Assembly: GCA_964016885.1 (NCBI GenBank)
Contig: OZ024742.1
Location: forward strand, 177,258,001 to 177,322,000
Source: Eledone cirrhosa
Taxonomy: Eukaryota
DNA length: 64,000 bases
Direction of reading: 5' to 3'
The notes beneath the pieces are model-generated. The model worked only from the letters and a program-made list of their open reading frames with translations, ran no database searches and was not told the origin of the DNA. Below, one piece after another: positions 1 to 14,959 of the stretch (the stretch's first letter is position 1; every line of letters starts with the position of its first letter). The position numbers and the translations under genes are program-made.

Positions 1-336
1 ACGATACACACTACACAGCATTAAATTTGAACAACAAGTAATTATTACACTACATCCAACACAGCACCAGCATCACAGAAAAAGACTACACAACAACCCC
101 AAAATTCACACCTCCTCCACACATACAAATCACTCGCATCACACAGAAAACGTACATGACACTAAAAAAAAAATTCCCCAAAGGCATCGGAGACTTCCGA
201 CAAGCACTCTCCAGGAGGATTTATAAGGACATCCTTCCTGAAGAGGCCACAAGCAGTGAAAAGGATGGAAAAACAGTCCTTCCCCTACGAGAAGTAAGGT
301 AAGTGGTCTTTCCCATCTTTTCCACTCCTTTTCAAC

Positions 337-3300
337 ATGACCTCACTCAGAATAGGCAGCATAAATGCGCGTGGCTTGGGGTCGTCATGGAAGCAGGGCC
401 ACCTGCTCAACGACCTCAGGTCACTAAACATAGATGTAGTGGCCATCAGCGAGACCAGAATCTCCGAAGCACAGACGAGGACCCGCATCTCCCAGCCGTC
501 CGGGATCCGGGGGAGGAGTTGCTGTGCTTTTTCGGAGAGGTTTGGATCTTGCCATACGGGCCATCTTCTTGGACCCAGATGGTAAGTTGGTGGTGCTGGA
601 CGTGACCAGCGGAGACGGGCAAGCTTTCAGGTTAGTGGCCGTCTATGCCCCGACATGAGCAGGGCGGCCTGATTTCTTCCGGCGTCTGGAGACCTTTCTT
701 GGAACGTCCCGCTCTTTAGTGTTAGTGGGCGACTGGAACGGGATCTTAGATGCACGCTGGGATTGTGTGGGATTAGTGGATAGGGAAGGAGGGTGCAAGA
801 GTCTCACCAACCTGTTCAGATGTTTTGAACTGTCTGACAGGTACCGAATGGATTTCGCGAATGTACCAATGTGGACTTGGACAAATCGAATAGGGTCATC
901 CAGATCATATCTAGATAGAGTATTTTGTAGGGAAATAGATAGGTCTAGCATAGGCTGTCCACAATTCAAGAAAGTCAGCTACACGGACCACAAATTCGTG
1001 ATCTGTGTGCTTGACTGAAATAGGCTTCATAGACGAGGACCCGGCTACTGGAAGCTAAACGCGTCTTTACCAGCGCGCAAGGCCTACATAGACCGGATTA
1101 GAGAACTATTTAAGCGGGCGTTGACGGGGGCCATCGTCAACAACAAGTGGTGGTTTGCTCTGAAAAGAGCAATTAGAATAGAGTCCATTAGGTTTAGTAA
1201 GACTTTAGCAATAGAGAAAAATAGAGCAGAGGGAGAATTAGTTAGAAAATTAGATGAGGCACTTAGCAAAGGCATCGCGACCGACGTACTTGCGGCGAAA
1301 TTGGCCCTTGACCAATTCTTCAATGCAAAGCACGAAGGCTGCGTTGTCAGGGTTAGGGTGCGTGCTCTCAGACACGAGGGGACGAAAGCCGTTCAATGGG
1401 CCCGAGTGGCGGAGGCGCGTCGTGGCAACAAAGCCCCGATCCGGTCTTTGGTGGACCACGACGGGCGCATGCTACTCGATCCCGGGAAAATGTGTGAAGC
1501 TTTTCAGCGACACTTCGCTCAACTGTTCGGGGGGAGTGGCGGACCGGATCGAGGGATGGACTTTAGTGTCTACCTCGACGGACTGCCGCGGCTTTCGGCC
1601 ACTGAGGCGGAGTGTTGCGAAAAGCCGATAACAACCGCTGAAGTACGGGATGCAATGACTAGTTGCACAAGGGGTAAATCGCCTGGTTTGGATGGTCTGC
1701 CCTATGAACTTTACGTACAAATGCCAGACTTGTTCGGAGGGCTCTTGGCGGACGTCTACTGCAACTGGCAACAGAACGGGAGAATTCCCAGCTCTGTGAG
1801 CCGAGGAGCGGTGGCGCTGCTGAGAAAGGATCCGAACAAGGGGGATAACATAGATAATTTTAGGCCCATAACTCTGCTAAACACAGAGTTCAAGATTTTG
1901 GCCAAGGTGCTAGCAAAGAGGTTGGCGCTTGTCGTTGTGGTCTGGTGGGAGAGGCACAGACATGCGCCATTCCCGACAGATCCATCCACGACAACCTCCA
2001 CCTCATGCGATACATCGTAGAGAGGGTAGCTAGGGAACCAGGCACGGGTGGGTCTTTGATCAATTTAGATCAGTCGAAAGCCTTCGATAGGGTCGACCAT
2101 CGTTACCTAGCGGCAGTCCTGAGGGCGGCTGGCTTTGGGCCCGTCTTCAGAGGCTGGATCGCTGCCATGCACAGCGACATCTGCTCTGTAGTGAGAGTGA
2201 ACGGTCACCTTTCGGAACCGTTCAACATCATGCGCTCGGTCCGCCAAGGATGTCCCCTCTCGTCCCTATTGTACGTATTTACTCTCGAGCCATTACTGCA
2301 CAAACTGGAGACGTTGAGGGGCGTCCCGCGCGAACTAGGATGCGGAAGATCCGTGTCAGCATATGCCGACGATGTCACCGTAGTGGTGTCGAACGCCAAA
2401 CACATCGAGGCGATCGGCACTACACTAAGAGAATACGTAGCGGTGACAGGAGCAATGATCAACCAGGAAAAGTCAGTGGGCCTGCAGATCGGCACCTGGA
2501 GAGGCAGGTCCATGCCGTCCAACAGCGTCGTCGGGCGCTGGACGGACGGACCGGTTAAATTGCTAGGGGTCTGGTTCGGTCAAGACCTCCAGACGGACAA
2601 AAACTGGGACGAGGTGACGAGCAGGGTGGCTTCTCTCACCCAGAAATGGGCCGAGAGGAAGCTATCCCTGAAAGGTCGAGCGGAGGTGGCTAACGCGTAC
2701 ATCGCGTCCGTCATCTACTACGCCTGACCGTCGTTCCTTGTCCTAAGCCCCGGCTGACTGCGCTGGAGCGTTTGCTCTTTCGCTTCTTGTGGAAGGGACG
2801 CGCTCCGATGGTCAGGCGGTCCATCTGCTGTCAACACCCGCTACGTGGAGGGCTGGGCATGCCGTGGCTGATGATGCGCAGACTCGCACTCAGGCTACGA
2901 CATCTCCACCTCTTCCTCGACGGTGATCAGGTGTGGTCGCCGTTTGCTAGACGCGTTTTTCCCCAGATTGTCTCCTTGACGGAGCTGCTGTCCTGGGTCA
3001 ATCGAAGACCGAGAGGGAGCGCTTGGAGACTGGAATGTCTTCAGGCGCTCACAGCCCTCGGCCAATCGGGCAATGTGATCGGTGGAAACTCCACCTTGGC
3101 GTTCTATAGGGGATTAGTGGAGGGGAAGAGCGACGACGTACTTGGAGAAACTCTAGGCGTCGACGAAAATCAACTAGCAAATCTCTTCGGAAGGACTTTC
3201 GGGCCGGGGCCTATGGACAACTTACAGAAATCCCTGGCCTGGCAGTGCTACCGGGGTGCTTTGCCAGTTCGGGATAAACTTTACAGGCATGGAGGTGCCG

Positions 3301-3971
3301 TCAATCGGGCATGTCCGAGATGCGCACAGGGCGACGAAACCGTCCTGCACGCACTCGTCCAGTGTCCGAGCATTGCTGATTTGTGGGTTTATGTCGAACA
3401 CCTGCTGTCACGTGTAGGACGGATCCAGCTATCAGCTGAGTCCATCGTGAGGATTGCCCCGCCCCCTTCCTTTCGCCTGGAAGGGCAGGCAGTTTTTATC
3501 TGTCTGGTGGCCAAGGCGAAAGAGATAGTATGGTGGACACGTTTGAAAGGGCTGAAGACGAGCACTTACCTCTTCGGTGATGCCCTGATTAACTTTTTCA
3601 AATTTCATTTGAAAAGGAAAATCAGGGTAGAGAGGGAAGTGCTTCTTCCCAGCATTTTGTTGAAAGATGGGTGAGAGAAGCAAGTATGGCCCGAATGAAT
3701 GGGCCTTCTCTGAGTATGTGTCTGTAAATTAAAGGTGGAAAACTGAGAGAGGGCACTTGCCCTGGTGGTCAGGGCCACTGTGGTCTTTTAATGGGCTTTC
3801 TCCACAAATGTCCCTCGGAAGTCTCCCCCCTATTGGGGAATTTTTCTTTGTTATTTTATTTCATCCGCTGTTTTTTTTTACACGCAGAAATGCCCATTTG
3901 TACCGTCCTGTATTGTCCTGTACTGTCCTTAATGTCTACTTTATGTAAACCCTTGTGGTTAATAAAGAAAA
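337..3971 (+). mobile_element. L1/Tx1-clade LINE ORF2 (APE endonuclease + RT + C-terminal Cys/His zf-RVT) with several frameshifts/stops, 3'UTR and polyA signal
   Basis: Motifs in successive ORFs: IGSINARGL and VAISETR (APE N-term), LVGDWN and SYLDRVF...YTDH (APE), KSPGLDGLPYELY, NFRPITLLNTEFKILAK, LDQSKAFDRVDH, VRQGCPLS, YADD, CPRC...ETVLHALVQC. AATAAA at 3961 is followed by a (TAT)n tail. Confidence 0.93.

Positions 3972-4029
<58 letters not shown>
3972..4029 (+). repeat. (TAT)n tail of the LINE
   Basis: Pure (tat)n directly after AATAAAGAAAA. Confidence 0.85.
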
Positions 4030-4032
<3 letters not shown>

Positions 4033-5024
4033 CATCTACGTGCATTTCAACGCGACCAGCGTATTTCATCAATTGTGGAGAAAGAACAGGTATTATCAGT
4101 TATGCAACTCTATTATATGTGCTTTACTCTAATCCGTATCTCCTCAGGAAATATAATAAACAATAACAATAACTTGTTTAAAATCCTCAGTCAAATTATC
4201 AAGAATTATACAGGATTCAAAGTACAAAAGCAAAAGCAAAGATATAGGCTTGTGTACCATACTTTTTTTGTACATGCATGTAAAAAAAAAGTATGCTTCA
4301 CAAGCATTCATACAAAGTTATGGGTGTTTTTTTTATAAATATGTTAAAATACATTAAAGCTGTTAATTGGCTAGGGCAGTAGCTTTTAGAAAAGAAGTGT
4401 TCATGAGAAAAATCGCAGTCCTTATTTTTTTTACTAATCTTTTTGTGGCAGAAATATTTGAATGATGTGAAAATATTTATAATATATTTCGTTAGTTTGA
4501 AACTCATGTAATATTTTCATTAAAACCTGATTAGGAAAATAATAGGTAAGTGTCTACAAATGCTTTCTGTGATATATATATATTTTATGTTTTTTACTGC
4601 ATTGATACAGTATCATTTCACATTTTATATGAATTTCAAACTAACGAAATATATTATAAACATCTTCACATCTTTCAAGTCTTTTCTACGGTAAAAAAGA
4701 TTAATAAAAAATAAGCACTGCAATTTTTCTCATGAATACCTCCTTGCTAATAACTACTGTTTATAGCCAATTAACAGCTTTAATGTATTTTAACATATTT
4801 ATGAAAAACACCAATAACTCTATATTTCATGTGTACATCTGCATGTGTTCTATGAATCTTGATAATTTGTCTTATGATTTTAAACAGGTTATTGTTATTT
4901 TAATTATATTTCCTGACGAGATACAGTAAAGCAATTATAATGTAGTGACTTAACTGATGATATCTGTTTTTTCTCCACAATTGAGGAAATATTCTGGTCG
5001 GGATGAAACGTCCGTACATGTATA
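4029..5024. repeat. Diverged ~1-kb inverted repeat (arms ~4029-4515 and ~4622-5024), probably PLE terminal sequence
   Basis: atcaattgtggagaaagaacagg pairs with tctgttttttctccacaattga, and acattaaagctgttaattggcta pairs with tagccaattaacagctttaatgt. A hammerhead-like CTGACGAG...GAAACGTCCGTA lies in the right arm. Confidence 0.8.
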
Positions 5025-5108
5025 AATAAACAATAATATATTACTCCTTGGTCTTATTGAATTTTGAATTATATATATATATAATATACATATAATATAT
5101 ATATATAT

Positions 5109-5145
<37 letters not shown>

Positions 5146-5149
<4 letters not shown>

Positions 5150-5290
5150 AACGAGTAGGACCCCGACGGCTGAGCTCAAGCCGTTTCGGGGTCCTACTCG
5201 TTCCTATTACCCACTCTACTACCCTACGTATTGAGTACTTTGGTGCGTTATGGTCCACCTGGTTCCTTACCACATTTCCTTCGTTATATA
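5146..5290 (+). mobile_element. Hairpin element family A (~200-bp palindromic PLE-terminus-like element), internally deleted copy
   Basis: ggaacgagtaggacccc...ggggtcctactcgttcc, followed by attacccactctact...catttccttcgtta, which is shared with 31721-31922 and 62618-62819. Confidence 0.8.
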
Positions 5291-6014
5291 TAGGGGTGTG
5301 TATGTATGTGTGTGTATGTGACTCTAATATAATTTCCTTCATATATGCCCTTTATATCAAATACCATTTATGTTTCTTTAATCATCTCAGGCGTAGGCTA
5401 GAATCAGTAACCAAATGTTCTGGACTGAAAACGAAGAGCCTATACTAGTGATAAACAAATCCTTAGCTCCCTCAATATAGCTTTCATTGTAAGTTTAGCA
5501 AACTATTCTACAGTACTGTTTTACAAATGAATGCTTCTATCGGAAATATGTATTATTAAAATATCTTATGAATCTATAATTGTCAAAATGTTGCGCTGGT
5601 AAATTACTCAAGGAAACTTGTTCACATCTAATTCAACATGGATACATAAAAGGAGGAAAACGAAAAAAAAAAAACATTATTATATATTCTTTTTTAAAAT
5701 CTTATGTTTCCCATTTGTACCATTCATTAACAGATGTTCTCTTTCATAACTATTTCTTTTTCAATAGATTTGAAATTCATGAAGTTGAATACAATCTCCT
5801 CCATCCCATCCCATTCTCGTTTATTCACTTGCAGCAGCATACCGCCATTACAGAATATTTTGATGAGAGCAGTTAGAATTTTTTTTTTTTGTAAACGTTA
5901 CATAGATTAGCTAGTTGTAAAATAGCTTTACACTCATCTACACAGATAATATTGTTTATCTGGTTATCATAGATACTCTCTCTCTCTGTTTTTTATTATT
6001 ATTATTATTATTAA

Positions 6015-6051
<37 letters not shown>

Positions 6052-6082
6052 ATATGATCATCAACATCATCATTAATATTAA

Positions 6083-6133
<51 letters not shown>

Positions 6134-6610
6134 CTTTTTACAATATGTAACATACTAGCACCAACAGACAAAGGCTCTACTTTTCCTTACCAGTCAACTA
6201 TGGCGTAGTAGTCACGATTTCTTTTCGATGTGCTTCAATGGCTGCAGCTATGAAATACAATAGTTATAGCGATTTCGCTTAAGAACATGAATCCATCTGG
6301 GTTGAATACTGCTTTCATTATTTCGACAGTCGTGACTCTTCTATGTCACCAACAATATAACATTAACGATGATCTCACCTTTAAACTAACGCTATCTTTT
6401 GAAAGCCGCATTGCCGACATCAGCTCGTCACAGCGTGTTTCTCATTAGTTCTAGTTAGATGTCATTTAACAGAAAAAAAAAGAAAAAGACAAAAATGTGT
6501 AGTTTATTTATTTTTTATCCATTCGTTATCTATCTTGTTTTCATACTCAAACATAATCGCATACACTAACGTAAACACATGCTTACACATGTGTAGAAAT
6601 ATATATATAT

Positions 6611-6664
<54 letters not shown>

Positions 6665-6667
6665 ACA

Positions 6668-6886
6668 GTCGATCGACTTTTTTGTCAAATCGGACCGAGG
6701 AAACGATGTTTCCATTGGTCTTTCTAATTGCTAATACTCTCTATCGGTCGCAACTCCAGGTAGAAGGAGCAACGTGAAATAATGTGTCTTGTCCAAGTAT
6801 ATAACGCATCGGCTGGTCCGGGAATCGAACTCACAACCTCACGATTGCAAATCCAGTTCTCTAACAACTCAGCCATGCGCCTTCAC
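6668..6886 (-). mobile_element. tRNA-derived SINE (family S1)
   Basis: Minus strand has an A-box-like TGGCTGAGTTG and B-box GAGTTCGATTCC. Homologous to 44009-44230. Confidence 0.8.
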
Positions 6887-7171
6887 CAGTTATGTAATAA
6901 ACAACATCAGATCCTTATTTCATTGACCAGAGGTTTCTTGAAAGCAAGCACAATTAGCTTTCAGTCATCAGAATGAAAAAGTGCTGGTGTATTTATTGAC
7001 AGTGAACTTTAAAAAGAAAAAATATAATCTATATGAAAGTGAGGCTGGAAAAGGAAGAGGGAAAGGAAAAAGAATAAATATGAAAGTGGATAAACACACA
7101 TGCACGCACACACACATATACATACACATACATATATATAAATATATATATGTATATATATATATATATAT

Positions 7172-7454
7172 AGAAAAAGAGATGAAATCGAAAATGCAAC
7201 TGGAGTCTTATTTTTAAAAAAAATATATATATTTATTTGGTTCCTTTACCAGTTTCGCAGTTCTTCTGCTTTTCAAATGGTGAGTTGAGATGGAGGGTCT
7301 GTGGTTTTTCTGTGAGAAAAACCACAGACCCTCCATCTCAACTCACCATTTGAAAAGCAGAAGAACTGCGAAACCGGTAAAGGAACCAAATAAATATATA
7401 TATATTTTTTTTAAATAAGACTCCAGTTGCATTTTCGATTTCATCGCTTTTTCT
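7172..7454. repeat. Near-perfect 283-bp palindrome (140-bp arms, 3-nt loop) of PLE terminal sequence with a degenerate hammerhead
   Basis: Centre is ggtttttct-gtg-agaaaaacc. Right arm has stem GCAG-AAGAA-CTGC followed by GAAACCGGTA. A diverged single-arm copy lies at ~14845-14960. Confidence 0.9.
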
Positions 7455-7523
7455 TTATACTTTCACTTCGTGTAGGACACCTCGGTTTTTTTTCATTTTG
7501 TAAAATAAACCTCACTTCTAATA

Positions 7524-7586
<63 letters not shown>

Positions 7587-7696
7587 TCATACACACATAT
7601 ATAAACATACATATATATATATAAATATGTATATATATCCCTACATACACATACACATAAACCCACAAACACAGACACATATATATATATGAAGTC

Positions 7697-8070
7697 TAAA
7701 AATCACCAATTCTAAATTGTACGAGAATAAATCCAGGATGCACTTGCAGTAAGCCGGATGAATGCCCATTACAGGGCAAAAGTAATACCAAATCCGTTGT
7801 ATATGAGGCCAAAGTGACACCTTTGATTAACAACCAGTCAGCCAGGAGAGAACGATATGTTGGCATGACACAGGACAGGTTCAAAACCCTGGTTTTATGC
7901 ACATGTCGCTTCTTTTAAACTCTCTGATAAAAGAACAGCAACGGCTCTCGCAAATAAGGTGTGGGAATTCAAATATAAAAACAGCGCGTACTCTATCGAT
8001 TGGTCTATTTTAGACCATTCGAAGGAATACCAAAGGGGCACAAAGAATTGTTCTTTCTGTACCACTGAAT
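7697..8070 (+). mobile_element. Penelope-like element GIY-YIG endonuclease fragment (5'-truncated, frameshifted)
   Basis: CTCSKPDECPLQGK...SVVYEAKV...RYVGMTQDRFK, then WEFK...IDWSILD...CSFCTTE. Confidence 0.8.
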
Positions 8071-8403
8071 TTAAACTTTTTCCTATGTTATTTATTTTCC
8101 TTATTCCCCCTATTTTCTACCTTACCCTTTACATGCCCACATTTTTTATTTATAGATATTTATTTCTGTATGTATGCATGGGTTGTGTATATGTGTATAT
8201 AGGTATATATATATGCATATTTGTTATATATATGTATATACTTATATATATCTGTATGTATATGTATGTGTGTGTATATATATGTATATATATATATATG
8301 TGCGTGTGTTTATATGTGTGTGAGTATTTTTTTGAGGTGGTGACGTAGCTTTGTGTATATATGTGTGTGTATATTAGTGTGAGTGTGTGTGTATATGTGT
8401 ATT

Positions 8404-8434
<31 letters not shown>

Positions 8435-8490
8435 ATATATATAATAGCCATCGAAACGGCTTGAGCTCTGCCGTCGGGGTCATACTTTTT

Positions 8491-8525
<35 letters not shown>

Positions 8526-8577
8526 TTTTATAGCTTTGTGTGTGTGTGTGTATATATATATATGTATGTATGTATAT

Positions 8578-10690
<2,113 letters not shown>

Positions 10691-10854
10691 TAGATACAAA
10701 ATTTAGTACAGCATCATCGAAGCTCTGGGTACAGCCAAGCTAATATATATATATATATATATACATACATATTTATATTTATACATACATATATATATAT
10801 ATTTTATATATATATATATATACATATATATACATATATATACATATATATATT

Positions 10855-10898
<44 letters not shown>

Positions 10899-10900
10899 TA

Positions 10901-10941
<41 letters not shown>

Positions 10942-10946
10942 GTATC

Positions 10947-11076
<130 letters not shown>

Positions 11077-11542
11077 AACATATATATATAAACATATATA
11101 TATATAAACATATCCATGTGTGTCCATTGGTGTTTGCATGTCTTTATGTAGGTTTGTGTTTATGTGTAGAGAAGAAACGATTGATTGTGAACAAAACACT
11201 TAATTAGCAACTACATTGTTAATGCTTCAAATCGACATCATATTATTGGTCCGATTGACGTGACGCCATTTTGACTTAAATCAGTTGACATCATTCAAGA
11301 AAATAATCTAGTTTTCAAGGAAAGGTCAATAGAATTTAGTCCGTATTGACCCTTGACGTAGATGACCAAGGCTCAAATAATATATTAAAATTATCTCGTC
11401 ATTTCTTACTATAAATGCATATTTATCCAATGGTTTATCTTATATATACAGGAAATAATAAAAAAATCATTTATTTATTTATATTTATTATCATTATCAT
11501 TACTACGGTGCTACTGTAGTATTACTATTGTATTACTTCTAC

Positions 11543-11697
11543 GGGCGGTGGATTGGCAGTATCGGTAGAGGGTCAGATGTCATGCTTTGGTTAACTGTTT
11601 GGTTAACTGTTCCTTTCCTCATTACGGGGTCGATAAAATGATGTACAAGTAATACACAGGAATAATTCTGGCCTTGGGCCAAAAGTAGAAACAATTA
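11543..11697 (+). mobile_element. tRNA-derived SINE (family S2), partially deleted
   Basis: gggcggtggattggcagtatcggtagag...cggggtcgataaaa...ggccttg..caaaagtagaaacaatta, homologous to 51710-51902. Confidence 0.7.
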
Positions 11698-12299
11698 TTA
11701 TTACTACTGTATGTAATATGGTTTGCACAGTATATTATTGGATATTCTAATGGCTGTCGTGTCTAAACAAGGACATTAGAGTGACAGTTACTTTCAGAAT
11801 GGTTGTCAGTGCCTAACCGGGCAGTATTTAGTAAAAAATAATTTTTGATACGTGGTCTACTTGTTTAAAACACCCCCATGGCTTTACTGGTATTGTGTAA
11901 ATATGAATTTGTTTTTACATTATCCTTCCTTGGTCCATGCGGTGTCTCATCAACTGTAATGTCATTACCGTCGATCACCTAGTCATTTACTAGAGGGAAA
12001 TCCGATGCTCCTTACATTTTCTAAGCCCGTAGAAAATATCACATTTTGCAACGTCAAATTCCATGTTTATATCTCAGGTGTATATTCAGAGAGTCTGTAC
12101 TAGCGGTTCTATTTATATTTCAGACTTCCAATATATTTTCTATTCGTCCCTAAACAAGATGTGAATTAAAGATGGGTTAGAAGTTTTTTCACTAATCTAT
12201 AATCAACTTTCTCGCTATTAATTTTATTCGTATAAATGTAATTACAAATATCAATGGGGAAAAGAGGTCGCCCTGAAAAATACCTCTTTTCATGTTCAC

Positions 12300-12900
12300 G
12301 TTGGATTAGTACCTATTACATTATTAAAGATTAACTCTATATTCTTTCATATTAGACCCTACCAATTTGCTTAGACTACCTACCACCTTAAACTCGTTTA
12401 TAGATTCAAGACTCCAAGAATGAGGCACCATATCTTGCGGTTGTTTGAAATCTATGACACATTCAGATTTGTTCTCTTCTGGGAGTCACAATCTACGACA
12501 AAATGATCCTTTCTTCCAATTGATATTTTTCCTGCAGCCGTTTGGCTCTATAAGGTGGAGGCTCTATGTTAATACGTAATAGTCAACTGTTTCCAAATAA
12601 GGTTTAAACAGGCAGTAGGTCTTTAAGTTCTAGTTACATTATCCTTCGTGAAGTCCTTCATAATAAGAGAGGTTGGTCCTTTAATCATCACACTTGGCGC
12701 CATAATCTGTGAAACACGTACATTAACGAGGATACCAATGATGTTATGCAGTGCGTTAAAATAAATACTCTAGTAGCCATGAACGTAATGAGGTCCTGGA
12801 GCCTTCCAGTTTAGCAATCCGTTGGTCTACATATTGATATAGTAATTATATACTGATGATAGTAAATTGCTCCTGTTTCCGTATTTCTTGAAGCTGTCTT
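12300..12900 (-). pseudogene. Highly decayed R4/Dong-like RT fragment
   Basis: Minus-strand translation gives remnants NWKAPGP..VHGY, GCRK and IDF...DMVPHSW, matching the RT motifs of the element at 55209-56605. Confidence 0.5.
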
Positions 12901-13055
12901 CAGATATCCCCCACCTTCTCAGCGTTTATCAAAATATCTTGAAATATATACGCTGTTTTCATATAAATGTTCATTTTCACACGCACAATCACACACACAC
13001 ACACACACCCACACACACACACATGCACACACACACATGCACACACACACACATG

Positions 13056-13113
<58 letters not shown>

Positions 13114-13116
13114 TTC

Positions 13117-13347
13117 ATACATACACACTTGTTATATATAGATATACGTAGATATAAACACACACATACATACGTATATATATATATATATATATATATA
13201 CACGTATCTATATATGTATATATATATATATATATATATACACGTATCTATATATGTATATATATATATATATATATATACACGTATCTATATATATATA
13301 CATATATAGATACGTGTATATATATATATATATACATATATAGATAC

Positions 13348-13381
<34 letters not shown>

Positions 13382-13436
13382 GTATGTATGTGTGTGTTTA
13401 TATCTACGTATATCTATATATAACAAGTGTGTATGT
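13117..13436. repeat. Palindrome built of microsatellite-derived sequence
   Basis: acacttgttatatatagatatacgtagatataaacacacacatacatacg is mirrored by cgtatgtatgtgtgtgtttatatctacgtatatctatatataacaagtgt. Confidence 0.8.
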
Positions 13437-14959
13437 ATATATACACGTATCTATATATGTATATGTATATATATATACACGTATCTATATATGTATATGT
13501 ATATATACATGTATGTATGCCTGTATGTACGTATGTTTATATGTATGTATGTGTAAAATGAGGCAATATTAGATTCTAAAGCAAACGAAGCCAACTAAAA
13601 TTATTTGAGTTCCATAAAACGTCCAAAATAATTGACCATTTCATTTTAGAATTATAACTACATAAGTGTTGAGATTTCGTCGATCAAGGGAAACAGTATG
13701 AGAGCGTGGGGGGGGGGGGGTAGAGGGAGAGAGAAATAGAGGAAGTAAGACAGAGAGAGAGAGATGCGATTGATTGATTAATATAGATATTATTCTTGTT
13801 GTTACTCCTATTCAATAGAAATTTATCGAACAGTGCTTGGCCAATACTTCAATAGATACAGTCAACGTGAGTCCTTTGATTAGGTCTGTTTTCGAAGTTA
13901 TGGTGTTTTGCTTCATAAATATAGCCTTTGAATCTGATTGAAATTGAAGTTGTGTCTATTTTTAATTTTTTATTTTCTATATTTCATTTTTAGAATATAA
14001 ATACATCGAAGAGTAAAAAAAAAAAAAAATACAATATACGAGATGAAAAACGAAAAAAAAAATGGAAATAATTCGGAAAAAAAACCCACCCCCAAAACGT
14101 CGAGGAAGTCGATCAGACGTAAAAATCATTATTTTTTCCATTATATTTTGTCGACTTGAAATAGTTTTCTATAGTCTACTTTCTTGACGGGGAGAGCTGT
14201 ATTGTTGTCGTCAGTGATTACATTGTAAATAAATAGTTAAGAGTGAAGAGGAGAAATATAAGAACATAAATAAATACATACATATATAAATAAATAAACA
14301 GTGTGGACTTAACCTACGCACATCAATTATCTATTAGTTGTTAATTGCTTTCACAATTCACTACAAGGGTTTTCGGTCTTTACAAATAACACAAAAATAA
14401 CATTTAAATAATCGTTTTTTTTTGTGGAGGGATGACTTTTTCTTATTTTTGGTTTTTCTATTGATATTTATTTTCTATTTTCGCTATACTGCGAATTGGC
14501 AGAGTCGGTAGAGCATAGGATTAAAGGCTTACGTATTTGTTCCAGCTCACTGCACTCTAAAATCACTCCCTAGATCATCTTTGCCCTTTAAAACAAAATC
14601 TTTTCTGGTTCAATAAAATATAGTTCCAGTCAAGTGGCGGAGGATTGCTGGAATTGCTAAAGTGTTGGATGAAACGATGGGTGGTTTCTGTAACACCTTT
14701 TTGCATTCCGAGATCAAACGCTGATTCCTTCGGCCAGACAATAACATCAGTGAAGGAGAAAATTTCAGCGATAGTGGTGGGTAATACATATTGTTTGGTA
14801 TCTTACAATTATGTGTGTATATATATATAATTCAAACCACAACAAAAACACAAAGCCTTCATCTCAATTTTTATTTTGGAAACCATAAGGACTATGAAAT
14901 GAAACCAGTGAAGTAAATAAATATTTTTAAAAGACTCCAGTTGCATTTTAAATTTCTTT

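Noticed and set aside
6780-6886. tRNA gene (also at 44140-44230 and 51716-51810)
   Set aside because: A and B boxes are present, but there is no acceptor stem and the sequence continues into a repeated body with TSDs. These are SINE heads.
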